NCBI GenBank assembly: GCA_965205975.1
Contig: OZ242195.1
Span: 3,520,001-3,584,000 of the forward strand
From: Candidatus Latescibacterota bacterium
Lineage (GTDB): Bacteria > Latescibacterota > UBA2968
DNA length: 64,000 nt
Direction: 5' to 3'
The translations under genes were made by a program, and so were the position numbers. Below, in pieces: positions 27,725-37,681 of the stretch. The stretch's first letter is position 1. Each line of letters begins with the position of its first letter. Below the pieces are notes generated by a model. That model saw only the letters and a list, made by a program, of their open reading frames with translations. It was not told the origin of the DNA and did no database searches.

Positions 27725-29704
27725 TTGGCCGAAGAACTGCAATCAGACCCAACAGGTGAACCTGCAAAAGGCATAACACTCCGCTCGGTTGCCCTGGGCA
27801 TTGGGATCGTAATCTTCATCAACCTGTGGGTGACGTATGCCGAGACCGTGGTAAAAACCTCTCGCCTGAACCTGAGCGTATTTCAAATAACGCTCCTCGC
27901 CATTTTCATCATCCTGATCGGGGTAGTCAACCCCCTGATCAAATCTGTAAATCGCCGCTACGCCTTTGCCCCCGCCGAATTGCTATCCGTCGTCGCCATT
28001 GGCATCGTCGGCTGCGTCGTGCCCACATCCGGCATCACCGGATTTCTGATCGGGGTAATTTCCACCCCCTTTTATTTTGCCACGCCCGAAAACGGATGGG
28101 CCGAGTACTATCACCCTAATCTCAATTCGTGGGTAGTACCCACCAATCAGGAGGCTGTACGCGCATTTTACGAGGGCTTATTGCCCGGTAACCCTATCCC
28201 CTATCGCGTGTGGCTGGCACCACTCGCGTGGTGGGGCAGTCTGGTGGTAGCCGTATTTGCCGTTTCCGCCACACTAATGATTATCTTGCGAAAACAATGG
28301 GTAGAATACGAAAAACTCGCCTATCCCATCGCCGCCGTACCCATTGAAATGTCGCAAGATGCCCTCTCTGCGCGTCTTCTCCCCGCATTCATGCGCGGCC
28401 CCATGTTCTGGATTGCAGCGGCTATACCATTTTTGATTTTTGTCTGGCACTCCCTGTCATGGGCATACCCGCTCCTGCCCAGCATCGGCATCCTTCCACA
28501 CGGGGGATATTTCCGCTTCACGCGCTATTCGCCGGGCATGTACATTCAACCCATGCAATTTTTGACCATCGGCTTTGCGTACTTTGCCAATACACAGGTC
28601 CTATTCTCAGTCTGGTTTTTCTTTTTACTCCACGTCCTGGAAGGGGGCATTTTTAACCGCCTGGGCTATCAGATCGAGCGATCAACCGATTCATTCAGCG
28701 CAGACCCGCCCACCGAAGCCTGGCAGTGTTTTGGCGCACTCGCCTGTCTCGTAGTGTGGCGACTGTGGGTCGCGCGGCGGCATCTGCGCGATGTCGTCCT
28801 CAAAGCACTCGACAAAAATCATCCGGTAGATGACCGCGGTGAAATACTTTCCTACCGGTCCGCAGTTCTAATTTTGTCGTGTAGCCTCATCTACGTCTTA
28901 TTCTGGCTCCTGCAAATAGGGATGGACCTGAGCACCGCATTGATTTTTATGTCCGGCGTCGCCGTCATTTACATCGGCATTGCGCGCGTGGTATCCGAGG
29001 CAGGCGTCGTGTATTCTGGCGCCACGGTGACGCCGCAGGCATTTGTCATGGACCTGCGCGGCACCCACGTCATATCCGGAAGCAGCATGACAGCCATCGC
29101 ATTGTCCTACTCCCTCATCGATTATATGCGCGGACTATTCACTCCGGCACTGGCTCAATCGATCAAATTGGGCGACCTGATTCGCGGCAACCGCCGTCTG
29201 TTATTCTATTGCGTGGGCATCGGCGTGCTCGCCGGATTTGTTTCTTCGGTATGGCTCATGCTCTATCTGGGCTATTCTTACGGAGCATACAATTTTCCGC
29301 GCTTCCCCTTCTTCAGCGGCGACCCAAAAGGCATCTACGGATCAACCCTTACGATGATGCGAACGCCCAAAGCACCCGACCCCAACCGCATCATTTTTTT
29401 CGCCATTGGCGCGGGCGCAATGGCCCTGTTGACATTCTTGAGATACCGATTTTCCTGGTGGCCCATCAACCCCATCGGCCTGACCATCTCCGCTGCCGAT
29501 AACACGGCATCTCTGGTCATGCCCGTATTCATCGCCTGGGTATGCAAATCCTCTTTGCTCCGCATCGGCGGCGTGAACCTCTATCGGAAAGCCATGCCCC
29601 TATTCCTGGGCCTGCTCGTCGGCTATACCGCTGGCGTCGCCTGGTCATTTCTCGTCGATGCAATCTGGTGGCCCGGCCAGGGGCATTCAGTTCACTGGTG
29701 GTAA
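27725..29704 (+). CDS. DUF6785/DUF6784-type polytopic membrane protein (OPT-like putative transporter), copy 1
   Basis: AGGAG plus TTG start; many TM segments; LRKQW.EYEKL.YP; WWPINPIG; PLFLGLLVG. Confidence 0.7.
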   Translation: MAEELQSDPTGEPAKGITLRSVALGIGIVIFINLWVTYAETVVKTSRLNLSVFQITLLAIFIILIGVVNPLIKSVNRRYAFAPAELLSVVAIGIVGCVVPTSGITGFLIGVISTPFYFATPENGWAEYYHPNLNSWVVPTNQEAVRAFYEGLLPGNPIPYRVWLAPLAWWGSLVVAVFAVSATLMIILRKQWVEYEKLAYPIAAVPIEMSQDALSARLLPAFMRGPMFWIAAAIPFLIFVWHSLSWAYPLLPSIGILPHGGYFRFTRYSPGMYIQPMQFLTIGFAYFANTQVLFSVWFFFLLHVLEGGIFNRLGYQIERSTDSFSADPPTEAWQCFGALACLVVWRLWVARRHLRDVVLKALDKNHPVDDRGEILSYRSAVLILSCSLIYVLFWLLQIGMDLSTALIFMSGVAVIYIGIARVVSEAGVVYSGATVTPQAFVMDLRGTHVISGSSMTAIALSYSLIDYMRGLFTPALAQSIKLGDLIRGNRRLLFYCVGIGVLAGFVSSVWLMLYLGYSYGAYNFPRFPFFSGDPKGIYGSTLTMMRTPKAPDPNRIIFFAIGAGAMALLTFLRYRFSWWPINPIGLTISAADNTASLVMPVFIAWVCKSSLLRIGGVNLYRKAMPLFLGLLVGYTAGVAWSFLVDAIWWPGQGHSVHWW

Positions 29705-29714
29705 AGGCGCTGAA

Positions 29715-31700
29715 ATGGCAATACAAACTGATTTTGTACACGAAACCGATCCCCAACAAGAAAAGGGCCTGACAGTCCGCTCGGTGGGTCTTGCACTGGG
29801 CGCAGTGGTCTTCATCAACCTGTGGGTGACCTATGCCGAAACCGTAGTGCATGCATCCAGACTGAACCTGAGCTTTTTTCAGCTCACATTGATGGCCGTA
29901 TTTGTCTTGCTGGTCGCAGCCGTCAACCCGATCTTGAAACTCCTGGGATCGCATCGCGCGTTTTCGCCCTCAGAACTGCTGGCAATTGCGGCAATCGGCA
30001 TGGTGGGGGGTGTGGTACCCGCTTCGGGCGTAACCGGATTTCTCATCGGCGTCATTTCCACGCCAATCTATTTTGCCACACCCGAAAATCGATGGGGCGA
30101 ATTCTATCATCCCAATCTCGACTCGTGGGTCGTACCCATAGACCCCGAAGCCCTGCGCATGTTCTACGAAGGCTTGCCACCCGGCGCGTCCATGCCCTGG
30201 GAAGTATGGCTGATGCCCCTGCTGTGGTGGGCGAGCTTTATCGTCGCAGTATTCGCGCTCTCAGCCAGCATGATGGTCATTTTGCGCAAGCAATGGGCAG
30301 AACACGAAAAACTGGTCTATCCCCTCGTGGCCGTCCCCCTGGAAATGGCGCAAGATTCGCGATCAAAAAAGTTGTTACCGGGATTTATGCGAGGCAAGCT
30401 ATTCTGGATCATGGCCGCGATACCATTTTTGTTATTCTTGTGGAATTCCCTATCCTGGTTTTACCCGCTCATGCCCGGAATCGGGATCTTTCCCCACGCC
30501 GGAAAGTTTAATTTTACGCGGTATTCTCCCCACGTCTATCTGGAACCCCTGAACCTGTTTACCATTGGCTTTGCGTACTTTGCCAACACACAGGTATTGT
30601 TTTCCGTCTGGTTTTTCTTCTTATTACACGTAGTAGAAGGCGGCATATTCAACCGCCTGGGCTACCAGATAGCCAGATCAACCGACTCGTTCAGCGCCGA
30701 CCCGCCCACCGAAGCCTATCAGTGCTTTGGCGCGCTGGCGTGCCTGGTCGTATGGCGATTGTGGGTCGCGCGGTGGCATTTGCGAGACGTCTTCCTCAAA
30801 GCATTTAGAAAAGCGTATCCCGCCGACGACTCCCGGGAAGTACTGGCCTACCGCACAGTGGTCTTTGTATTTTTAGTGAGCCTGTCTTTTGTGCTCTTCT
30901 GGCTCTGCCGCATCGGCATGGACATAACAACCGCACTCGTCTTTCTATGTGCGCTATCCATAATCTATATCGGTCTGGCACGGGTCGTATCAGAAGCCGG
31001 GATGGTGTATTCGGGCGCCACAGTAACGCCACAGGCATTTGTCATGGACATGCGCGGCACACAAGTCATGTCCGCGGGTAGCCTTACCGGCATTGCCCTA
31101 TCGTATTCCATTGTCGATTACATGAGGGGACTATTTACGCCCGGCGTGGCACAGTCCATCAAAATGGGAGAACTTATCCAGGGCAACCGCCGCGCATTGT
31201 TATTCTGGGCTGGCATAAGCGTCTTGCTGGGACTGGCCGCATCCGTATTTTACACCCTGCACCTGGGCTATTCTCACGGCGCGTACAACTTCCCGCGCTT
31301 CCCCTTTTTCAGCGGCGATCCAAAAGGCATCTACGGATCAACGCTAACCATGATGCACACGCCCAAAGCACCTGACGGCGAGCGCATGGTCTTCTTTGCA
31401 ATTGGAGCGGGCCTGATGGCATTGTTGACCTTCTTGCGCTACCGGTTCCCGGGCTGGCCCCTGCATCCCATCGGACTCACGCTATCGGCTGCCGATAATA
31501 CTGCCCACCTCGTCATGCCGGTCTTCATCGCCTGGGCGTGCAAATCTATCATCATGGCCGTCGGCGGTGTAAACCTCTACCGCCGCTCCAAACCCGCGTT
31601 TCTCGGCCTCCTCGTGGGCTATACAGCCGGAGTGGTACTGTCATTCCTCATCGACGCGCTGTGGTGGCCGGGAGAAGGGCATCTGGTGCACTACTGGTAG
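29715..31700 (+). CDS. DUF6785/DUF6784-type membrane protein, copy 2; start revised to 29715
   Basis: Colinear paralog of the preceding gene with long identical peptide blocks. Confidence 0.7.
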   Translation: MAIQTDFVHETDPQQEKGLTVRSVGLALGAVVFINLWVTYAETVVHASRLNLSFFQLTLMAVFVLLVAAVNPILKLLGSHRAFSPSELLAIAAIGMVGGVVPASGVTGFLIGVISTPIYFATPENRWGEFYHPNLDSWVVPIDPEALRMFYEGLPPGASMPWEVWLMPLLWWASFIVAVFALSASMMVILRKQWAEHEKLVYPLVAVPLEMAQDSRSKKLLPGFMRGKLFWIMAAIPFLLFLWNSLSWFYPLMPGIGIFPHAGKFNFTRYSPHVYLEPLNLFTIGFAYFANTQVLFSVWFFFLLHVVEGGIFNRLGYQIARSTDSFSADPPTEAYQCFGALACLVVWRLWVARWHLRDVFLKAFRKAYPADDSREVLAYRTVVFVFLVSLSFVLFWLCRIGMDITTALVFLCALSIIYIGLARVVSEAGMVYSGATVTPQAFVMDMRGTQVMSAGSLTGIALSYSIVDYMRGLFTPGVAQSIKMGELIQGNRRALLFWAGISVLLGLAASVFYTLHLGYSHGAYNFPRFPFFSGDPKGIYGSTLTMMHTPKAPDGERMVFFAIGAGLMALLTFLRYRFPGWPLHPIGLTLSAADNTAHLVMPVFIAWACKSIIMAVGGVNLYRRSKPAFLGLLVGYTAGVVLSFLIDALWWPGEGHLVHYW

Positions 31701-31837
31701 AAGTGTGAAGTAAGAAGTGTGAAGTGTGAAAAAAAGAAGACAGCGATGAAGGCAGAAGGATCTTTAGCTCACGAGTGGAGCGCGTAGGAATAGAGATAAC
31801 TCAGTGCGATTCTGAGTCCGGGTCTCCAGATGGGATA

Positions 31838-32155
31838 TCAGGCGGCATAGATTTCTTTCCCTTCTTCTAAGATGCTATAATAGATTAGTCCGATATTATT
31901 TTTGTGTCTCTCAAGATCTTCAGGTGTTGCAACCAGAATATCAAAAGGGACGCCAAGTCCGCGAATCTCTCGATAGAGATGCTGCGCTGTTCTTCGTCTG
32001 TGAACGCCATTGGGCATGACAACGAGCACATCTACATCGCTGTCCGGTCCCATCTCGCCTCGCGCAGCCGAGCCAAAAAGGATAATTTTGAGCGGATTGA
32101 CAACTTCGACAATTCGCTCTACGAGTTGATCAATGACATTTGCATCGGGTTGCAT
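31838..32155 (-). CDS. Minimal nucleotidyltransferase (MNT-type antitoxin)
   Basis: IILFGSAARG...DSDVDVLVV; EEGKEIY. Confidence 0.9.
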   Translation of the reverse strand: MQPDANVIDQLVERIVEVVNPLKIILFGSAARGEMGPDSDVDVLVVMPNGVHRRRTAQHLYREIRGLGVPFDILVATPEDLERHKNNIGLIYYSILEEGKEIYAA

Positions 32156-32393
32156 GAGTCACGCTCCAGAAAGTAGAATCCATCTCTGGAGAAACATAGC
32201 TTGATAGACGTTAAAAGTCAACGCGAAGGATAATTTCTCAGGATACAAAAAATAAAATTTAATGAGAATGTTTAATACTTTGGTTAAAGATAAGGTTGCG
32301 TTTATAAACGATTTTTCATAAACTTGCGTTATAGTAACAGGTTAAAAATCAAGTAACAAACGAGCTACGACTTGGGGATCGTTGGACCATTCT

Positions 32394-32594
32394 ATGCCCA
32401 GGAAGATACGAGAACTCATCGCGGATTTAGAAAGGGCGAACTTCCGCCTCCGAAAGAACCGAAGTGGTGGAAGCCATAGACGATACCTGCACCCTAACGG
32501 CCCACGAGTAACACTTTCGGGAAACAGGGGTGATGATGCCCACAAATACCAGGAAAAAATCGTAAAAGAAGCTATTGAGGAGGCCCAAAAATGA
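32394..32594 (+). CDS. hicA: HicA-family toxin
   Basis: MPRKIRELIADLERANF...GGSHRRYLHP...VTLSG; ATGA overlap with next gene. Confidence 0.75.
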   Translation: MPRKIRELIADLERANFRLRKNRSGGSHRRYLHPNGPRVTLSGNRGDDAHKYQEKIVKEAIEEAQK

Positions 32595-32857
32595 CCCAGA
32601 ATGCACAGATGATGCACGATAGCTCCCCAAAAAATAAAACCGCCTTAGAGTACCCCCTCATCGTCAAGTGGTCGGAAGAAGATCGAGCCTTTATCGGCTC
32701 GTGTCCCGGCATTATAGGCCCGTGCTGCCACGGGCAAGACCGCGGACACGTACTCCGACAACTCGTCCAGATCGTGAATGATTGGCTTGCAGATGAGGAG
32801 GCGACTGAGTCCAGGGGCACGCTGTCTTGGGCTATCGAGAAAGAGACTACCGCATGA
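32591..32857 (+). CDS. hicB: Short HicB-like antitoxin
   Basis: YPLIVKWSEEDRAFIGSCPGI...CCHG. Confidence 0.7.
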   Translation: MTQNAQMMHDSSPKNKTALEYPLIVKWSEEDRAFIGSCPGIIGPCCHGQDRGHVLRQLVQIVNDWLADEEATESRGTLSWAIEKETTA

Positions 32858-32958
32858 GCAAAGACAAGGAGTATATTGTCCGGTTCATTGGCTAAGTGTG
32901 CCGTAAGCCTACAAACCGTTGATCTGTTCAACCGTTTGTCTATTGGCCTATTATGAAG

Positions 32959-32990
32959 AGGCGTCTTGAATGCATTCAAAGACGCCTTTT
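32959..32990 (+). terminator. Near-perfect palindrome or terminator after hicAB
   Basis: AGGCGTCTTGAATGCATTCAAAGACGCCTTTT. Confidence 0.6.
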
Positions 32991-33024
32991 ACCTGCTTAA
33001 CACCGCACAGGTGGAGGTTCTCTA

Positions 33025-35445
33025 ATGACATGGTCTCGAATCTGTATCCTCTACGCGCTCCTCTGTATCCTATCCCTGGAACAGGCGGCAGCGGACCAGC
33101 GGGACTCCCTGTTGACCCTGGGGCAAAAGTACCTTCGGGAAGGGCAGACAGAAGCCGCTGTTGCGACATTCTCTAACCTGACCAAAACCTTCCCCCAAGA
33201 CGCGCACATCCAATCTCGCCTGGGCTATGCGTACTTAAAAAATCGCGACTTTGAAAAAGCAGAAGCCACATTCAAGGTGGCCAAAGGACTGGATAAAAAT
33301 TTAGCAGAAGCGTATGTGGGCCTGGGACTCGTCTATGCCGAACGCCCGGCCTCGGGCCTATCGGCGTATAGCAACTTCCGCAAAGCCGTAGGCGAAGCCA
33401 AACGAGCGACCAAACTCGACTCCACTTATGGACCTGCGTACCGACTACTGGGCGAATTGTACGAACGCTTTCAGGAAGACCACCAGAAAGCCGTAGATTA
33501 CTATCTGAAATACATCCAGGTAGAATCGGACAACCCCGACGGACTGTACTATTTTGGCCTCGCCTGCGTACAGGCCGATCAACACGACCAGATCGCGGCG
33601 CACATCATCCCCTATATCAACGCGCACGATCCCGAACTCCGCCTCTTGCCCCTCGCCGCTGCAGGCTATTTTCACCAGAAAGAACACCGCCTCGCCCTGA
33701 ACTACTACGAACGCTACTTACAGCGCGTTGACAAAAGCGAACGCGCCTATTACACCGACATATCTCTCGTCGCCTCAGAAAAAGAATGGCACGCATATCA
33801 GAGCCTATCCGAAGAACCCGAAAAGCAGGACTATCTGCAAAAATTCTGGCGGCGGCGAGACTCGGACCTTCTGACCCAGATCAACGAACGCATCGTAGAA
33901 CACTACCGGCGTGTATGGTATGCGCGCACCTTTTTTTCCAAAAAAATCAGCCCCTATGACCAGAGGGGCGAAGTCTATATCCGGTACGGCGAACCCGATT
34001 ATCGGTCTCGCTCCAACCAGCGCGAATTTGTAACATCTCCAGAAGTAGAAGCCGTTCGCAACCGAATGGCAGCCGATATCTGGGGACCAGCCGCGACCTA
34101 TTACACATTCACGGGACCGGTCTTTCCCATACGCAGCCAGCGCAAACCATTTGAAGGCAATATCACAAACCAAAGCCTGAACACCGGCGTATTTGGCACA
34201 GACGCAGGAGAAGACGACGCCGTCCTCGCCCTGAACCCCGGGGAAGAGGCAGAAACCCTGGGATTTCAATTTGTAATACCCGACCTCGTCGCATCCAGTC
34301 CATTTGATCTATCCGTTGCTCCCCGAACAGAGCAGCGTTTCTTGAATTACAGTCCCGTAACATCGGACCGCGAATTCGAAACTGTACCCTGGGAAACCTG
34401 GACATATACGCAACTGCAAGGCGGCGTGGAATTTACCTTTACCGACGAAGTCGGAAACGGACATTTTGATTTCGCGCCCATGCCGCCCTTGCCCCAAAGC
34501 GACAACCGAATCGCCAGCGTAGCACGACTCATGGAATACGCGCCCGGAGTAATCTATCAGCAATCCATCGGTGCTGTACCCGACTATTACCGTCCCAACG
34601 TGGGCAAAGACGCCCTCCACTTCTTTTACGACGTCGCGGACTTCCGCGGACCAGATGGCAGAACCATTGTAGAAGTGTATTACGGAGTACCCCCAGCAGA
34701 AGTCACCGTGGGCAAAGGCGACCGGGATTATCTCATACATACAAAAGGCACCCTTGCCCTGGCGGACGCAGGCCATGAAAACATCTACCGCGCACACGAA
34801 ATACTCTCCTATCAAAACAGCCGGGAATTCCCCAAAGCCCGGGGCGTATTCATCCCCGATGTCATACGCATTGAAGCATCTCCCGGAGAAAAATATCAGC
34901 TACAGGTACAATTGGAAGACGAATTATCCGGGCGCGCGGGCGCGTACAAACAGGAACTCACAGTTTCCGACTTCCACTCCGAAAGCGTAAAAATCAGCGG
35001 TATCCAGTTAGCCTCCTCAATCACCGACACGGGCACCAACGACCGCCTTCGAAAAAAAGACATCTACGTATCGCCAATGGCCTCCCGAAGCTACCCCCTC
35101 GGCAGTCGGGTATTCGCTTATTTTGAAATCTACAATTTGAAACGCGACACCTTCGGGCAAACCCGTTACAAAGTGCAATACCGCGTACAATTCAACCCCC
35201 GCAACACGGTAGGCCTCGCAGGCGTCATCACCTCGGGAATCCGTGCACTTCTGCGGCAGCAAAAACCCCAAGTCTCCGTAACCTATGAACAGGTAGGCAC
35301 CGACGAAGAAGAACGCGAATACGTAGAACTCGATCTTAAAAAAGCCAAACCGGGAGTAAATGTGGTGGAAATCACCGTACAGGACAAAGTAAGCGGAGAA
35401 CAAGCAACGCGAGAAGTCGTATTTTTTTATGGCGGATCGGGATAA
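33025..35445 (+). CDS. Secreted TPR + GWxTD-domain protein (copy 3)
   Basis: GGAGG RBS; signal peptide; TPRs; FWRRRD...NERIVEHYRRV...PYDQRGEVYIRYGEPD. Confidence 0.85.
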   Translation: MTWSRICILYALLCILSLEQAAADQRDSLLTLGQKYLREGQTEAAVATFSNLTKTFPQDAHIQSRLGYAYLKNRDFEKAEATFKVAKGLDKNLAEAYVGLGLVYAERPASGLSAYSNFRKAVGEAKRATKLDSTYGPAYRLLGELYERFQEDHQKAVDYYLKYIQVESDNPDGLYYFGLACVQADQHDQIAAHIIPYINAHDPELRLLPLAAAGYFHQKEHRLALNYYERYLQRVDKSERAYYTDISLVASEKEWHAYQSLSEEPEKQDYLQKFWRRRDSDLLTQINERIVEHYRRVWYARTFFSKKISPYDQRGEVYIRYGEPDYRSRSNQREFVTSPEVEAVRNRMAADIWGPAATYYTFTGPVFPIRSQRKPFEGNITNQSLNTGVFGTDAGEDDAVLALNPGEEAETLGFQFVIPDLVASSPFDLSVAPRTEQRFLNYSPVTSDREFETVPWETWTYTQLQGGVEFTFTDEVGNGHFDFAPMPPLPQSDNRIASVARLMEYAPGVIYQQSIGAVPDYYRPNVGKDALHFFYDVADFRGPDGRTIVEVYYGVPPAEVTVGKGDRDYLIHTKGTLALADAGHENIYRAHEILSYQNSREFPKARGVFIPDVIRIEASPGEKYQLQVQLEDELSGRAGAYKQELTVSDFHSESVKISGIQLASSITDTGTNDRLRKKDIYVSPMASRSYPLGSRVFAYFEIYNLKRDTFGQTRYKVQYRVQFNPRNTVGLAGVITSGIRALLRQQKPQVSVTYEQVGTDEEEREYVELDLKKAKPGVNVVEITVQDKVSGEQATREVVFFYGGSG

Positions 35446-35460
35446 AGACGAATAGACGAT

Positions 35461-35731
35461 AGGAGTATGGCGTTTGACCCCCTGATGCTGAGACCTGAAT
35501 AGGCGTAATAGCGGTGTTCGTCTGCACAGCACTGATTTCGACGGTGATATCATCTATCTCTTCGATTGTCAGCGGCGAAACGGACGTGGGTGCATTTACT
35601 GTCAAGGTGAAAGGGCGACTGACCTGTGTAGGTAAAGCACGGCTACCAGCACCATCTCGCACAGCCACGGTAAGCGTGAAAGTGCCTGTCTGTGTAGGTG
35701 TGCCTGTAATGCTGCCATTCGTATCGATAGA
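35461..35731 (-). pseudogene. Orphan fragment of putative-Ig (He_PIG-like) repeats
   Basis: No start or RBS; DNA closely matches 38041-38140, 37936-37978 and 38260-38295. Confidence 0.75.
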
Positions 35732-36817
35732 TTAGAAATTGAATGTGAGTGCGGCACGAAGCCCTTTGCCTGATGTGGGTGCAAGGCTCAGGTTGAGGCG
35801 TTGGGGTGACACTTCAACCCAGTTATCAGATTTCTTCATTGCACCGATCAGCGTGGGAATAACTATAAGTGGGGGTACGTATATCGCAGTGGCTAATAGT
35901 TCAGCCAATCCTTGCAACTCACCTCCGCCCCAGTCTGGAACATTTATCAGAATAGCCATAATGGTCCCAGCAGCAAGCCCGATTTTCAAGCCTTTGCCTG
36001 TGTTTCTATAATGTTTGATGCTGACGTCGAATGTAGAGATTGAAGAAACAGGTACTTGATAAAAGCGACGCCCTCTTTGGATAAAGAGCGTATCTTGCAT
36101 CATTTTAATGAGCGTGCCAACCATCTGTCCCTTCTGAATGGACGGGGCATACACACGCACTCGGGCATTGTATTTGGCTCCGACCTCTCGATAACTCTCG
36201 ATCTCTCGCAGGTGTTTGGCGACAACGAGGGTATCCATGTTGTTGTATGCTATGTTATAGGTATCAGCCCCTTGTTTGAGCGCGATACGACTTGAGTCTT
36301 TGTCCGCAATTCGGCTGGTGGCTTTTCCAGTGGCTCCTTGAGATGTATAGATGGTGTGTGCATACCATCCCTTTGTGATCTCTGAGGGGTCAATCTGCCC
36401 GCGTGGCATGACTGTGACGGTCTTTTGATTGAGCCGTTGGATAGCAGCTTGCTCTGTTTCAATTCCTTTTTCTGCCATACTTCCACTAAACCACTGATTT
36501 ATCTCATTTATTTGCCCTATCGTGGTTGCTTCTTCGCTCATAACCAGTGACAAGATTTTGTCGTAAGCAATCGTCTTCTTTCCCCACAGACCACTTCGAA
36601 TGGTAAACGAAGTCTCGTCAATCGCATCAATCCAGCCTTTTTCCAATTTCTGTTTATTCTTTCTATCGTAATAGGTGACTGCAACGTAGGCATCTTGAAT
36701 GAGTGTGTTGGCATTGACCTCTTTGCCTTGCAGGTATGTGGCAGCATACGCGAGGGTAGGAACCACCGCATTGAGCAAGAGGGTCGCAGTTACAAAGACA
36801 GCAGCTAATTTTTTCAT
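35732..36817 (-). CDS. Exported hypothetical protein with glycine-rich TM hairpin and Phe-terminated beta tail
   Basis: AAGGAG RBS; signal peptide; ends LNLSLAPTSGKGLRAALTFNF. Confidence 0.7.
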   Translation of the reverse strand: MKKLAAVFVTATLLLNAVVPTLAYAATYLQGKEVNANTLIQDAYVAVTYYDRKNKQKLEKGWIDAIDETSFTIRSGLWGKKTIAYDKILSLVMSEEATTIGQINEINQWFSGSMAEKGIETEQAAIQRLNQKTVTVMPRGQIDPSEITKGWYAHTIYTSQGATGKATSRIADKDSSRIALKQGADTYNIAYNNMDTLVVAKHLREIESYREVGAKYNARVRVYAPSIQKGQMVGTLIKMMQDTLFIQRGRRFYQVPVSSISTFDVSIKHYRNTGKGLKIGLAAGTIMAILINVPDWGGGELQGLAELLATAIYVPPLIVIPTLIGAMKKSDNWVEVSPQRLNLSLAPTSGKGLRAALTFNF

Positions 36818-36854
36818 GAGTTTCTCCTTTTAAGACAAAGGCACTGGCAGCTAC

Positions 36855-37658
36855 TCAAAATCGAAGTGTGGCAACAGCGGATACTCGTCCTTCGGGGCCG
36901 GGAAATAGATTGATGGAGACACGACTATCCTCCGGCGGTTTTCGGAAAAACTCGGACATAATTGCAGTACCAACGAGGGGACAGGTAATAAGAGTCCAGA
37001 ATTCGTCTTTGGAGTCCGTTAGCGCAAGACTTGCTGCGCCTCCTATCAGGCTACCCGCCAATGAATAGATAAATCGATCGTGTGGATCCATTCGGTTCAT
37101 GCCAACGGGTAAGCCTACGATATAGCCATACCATCCAAGAATAAAAAAGTTTTCTATTTCACAGAATGAAGCGTCCTTTGGGCAGTCAACGATCGCCGCA
37201 CCGGTCAGGCCCACTGTCATACCGACTAAGACCCCTCCAAGAACGCCGCTCGCCAACTTTTTTGCAATCCGTCCTCCGCCTGTACTATTTTGTTCTTGTT
37301 GTCTATTATCTATTACAGAAAGCGTATCAATTGTCTCTTTAAGCCTGTCTATTTCGCGGTCAGACTCTGCAAAGATCAGCTTTTGTATGCGCTCGAAAGC
37401 GATCTGCTCCTTCCAAAGACCGCGTCCAATAGTCAGACTTCCTTGATCAACAGCTTTAATATATCCTTGTGCAGTGTCCAGTTTTTCCCACTTTCCTGAG
37501 ACTTGATCCCTCTCTCCCGTCCCATAGATGACTTCAGCATAGACACCAACTTCAACCTTGCTGCTGTCAATCTCACCAGCTTGAAGGACCTCCCCTGCCA
37601 ACAGTGCCTGCGGCAGACAAAGACCCAAAATCAGAACGATTGCTGCTATATGTCTCAT
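36855..37658 (-). CDS. Exported hypothetical protein related to the neighbour; start revised to 37658
   Basis: GGAGG RBS then MRHIAAIVLIL; shared GxIxAxD...GLW..xIA motif; ends VSINLFPGPEGRVSAVATLRF. Confidence 0.7.
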   Translation of the reverse strand: MRHIAAIVLILGLCLPQALLAGEVLQAGEIDSSKVEVGVYAEVIYGTGERDQVSGKWEKLDTAQGYIKAVDQGSLTIGRGLWKEQIAFERIQKLIFAESDREIDRLKETIDTLSVIDNRQQEQNSTGGGRIAKKLASGVLGGVLVGMTVGLTGAAIVDCPKDASFCEIENFFILGWYGYIVGLPVGMNRMDPHDRFIYSLAGSLIGGAASLALTDSKDEFWTLITCPLVGTAIMSEFFRKPPEDSRVSINLFPGPEGRVSAVATLRF

Positions 37659-37681
37659 GATGATGCCTCCTGACAAAAAGT

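Noticed and set aside
32854..32922. Short ORF MSKDKEYIVRFIG... coupled to hicB
   Set aside because: Too short to assign; may be another gene stump but cannot be supported
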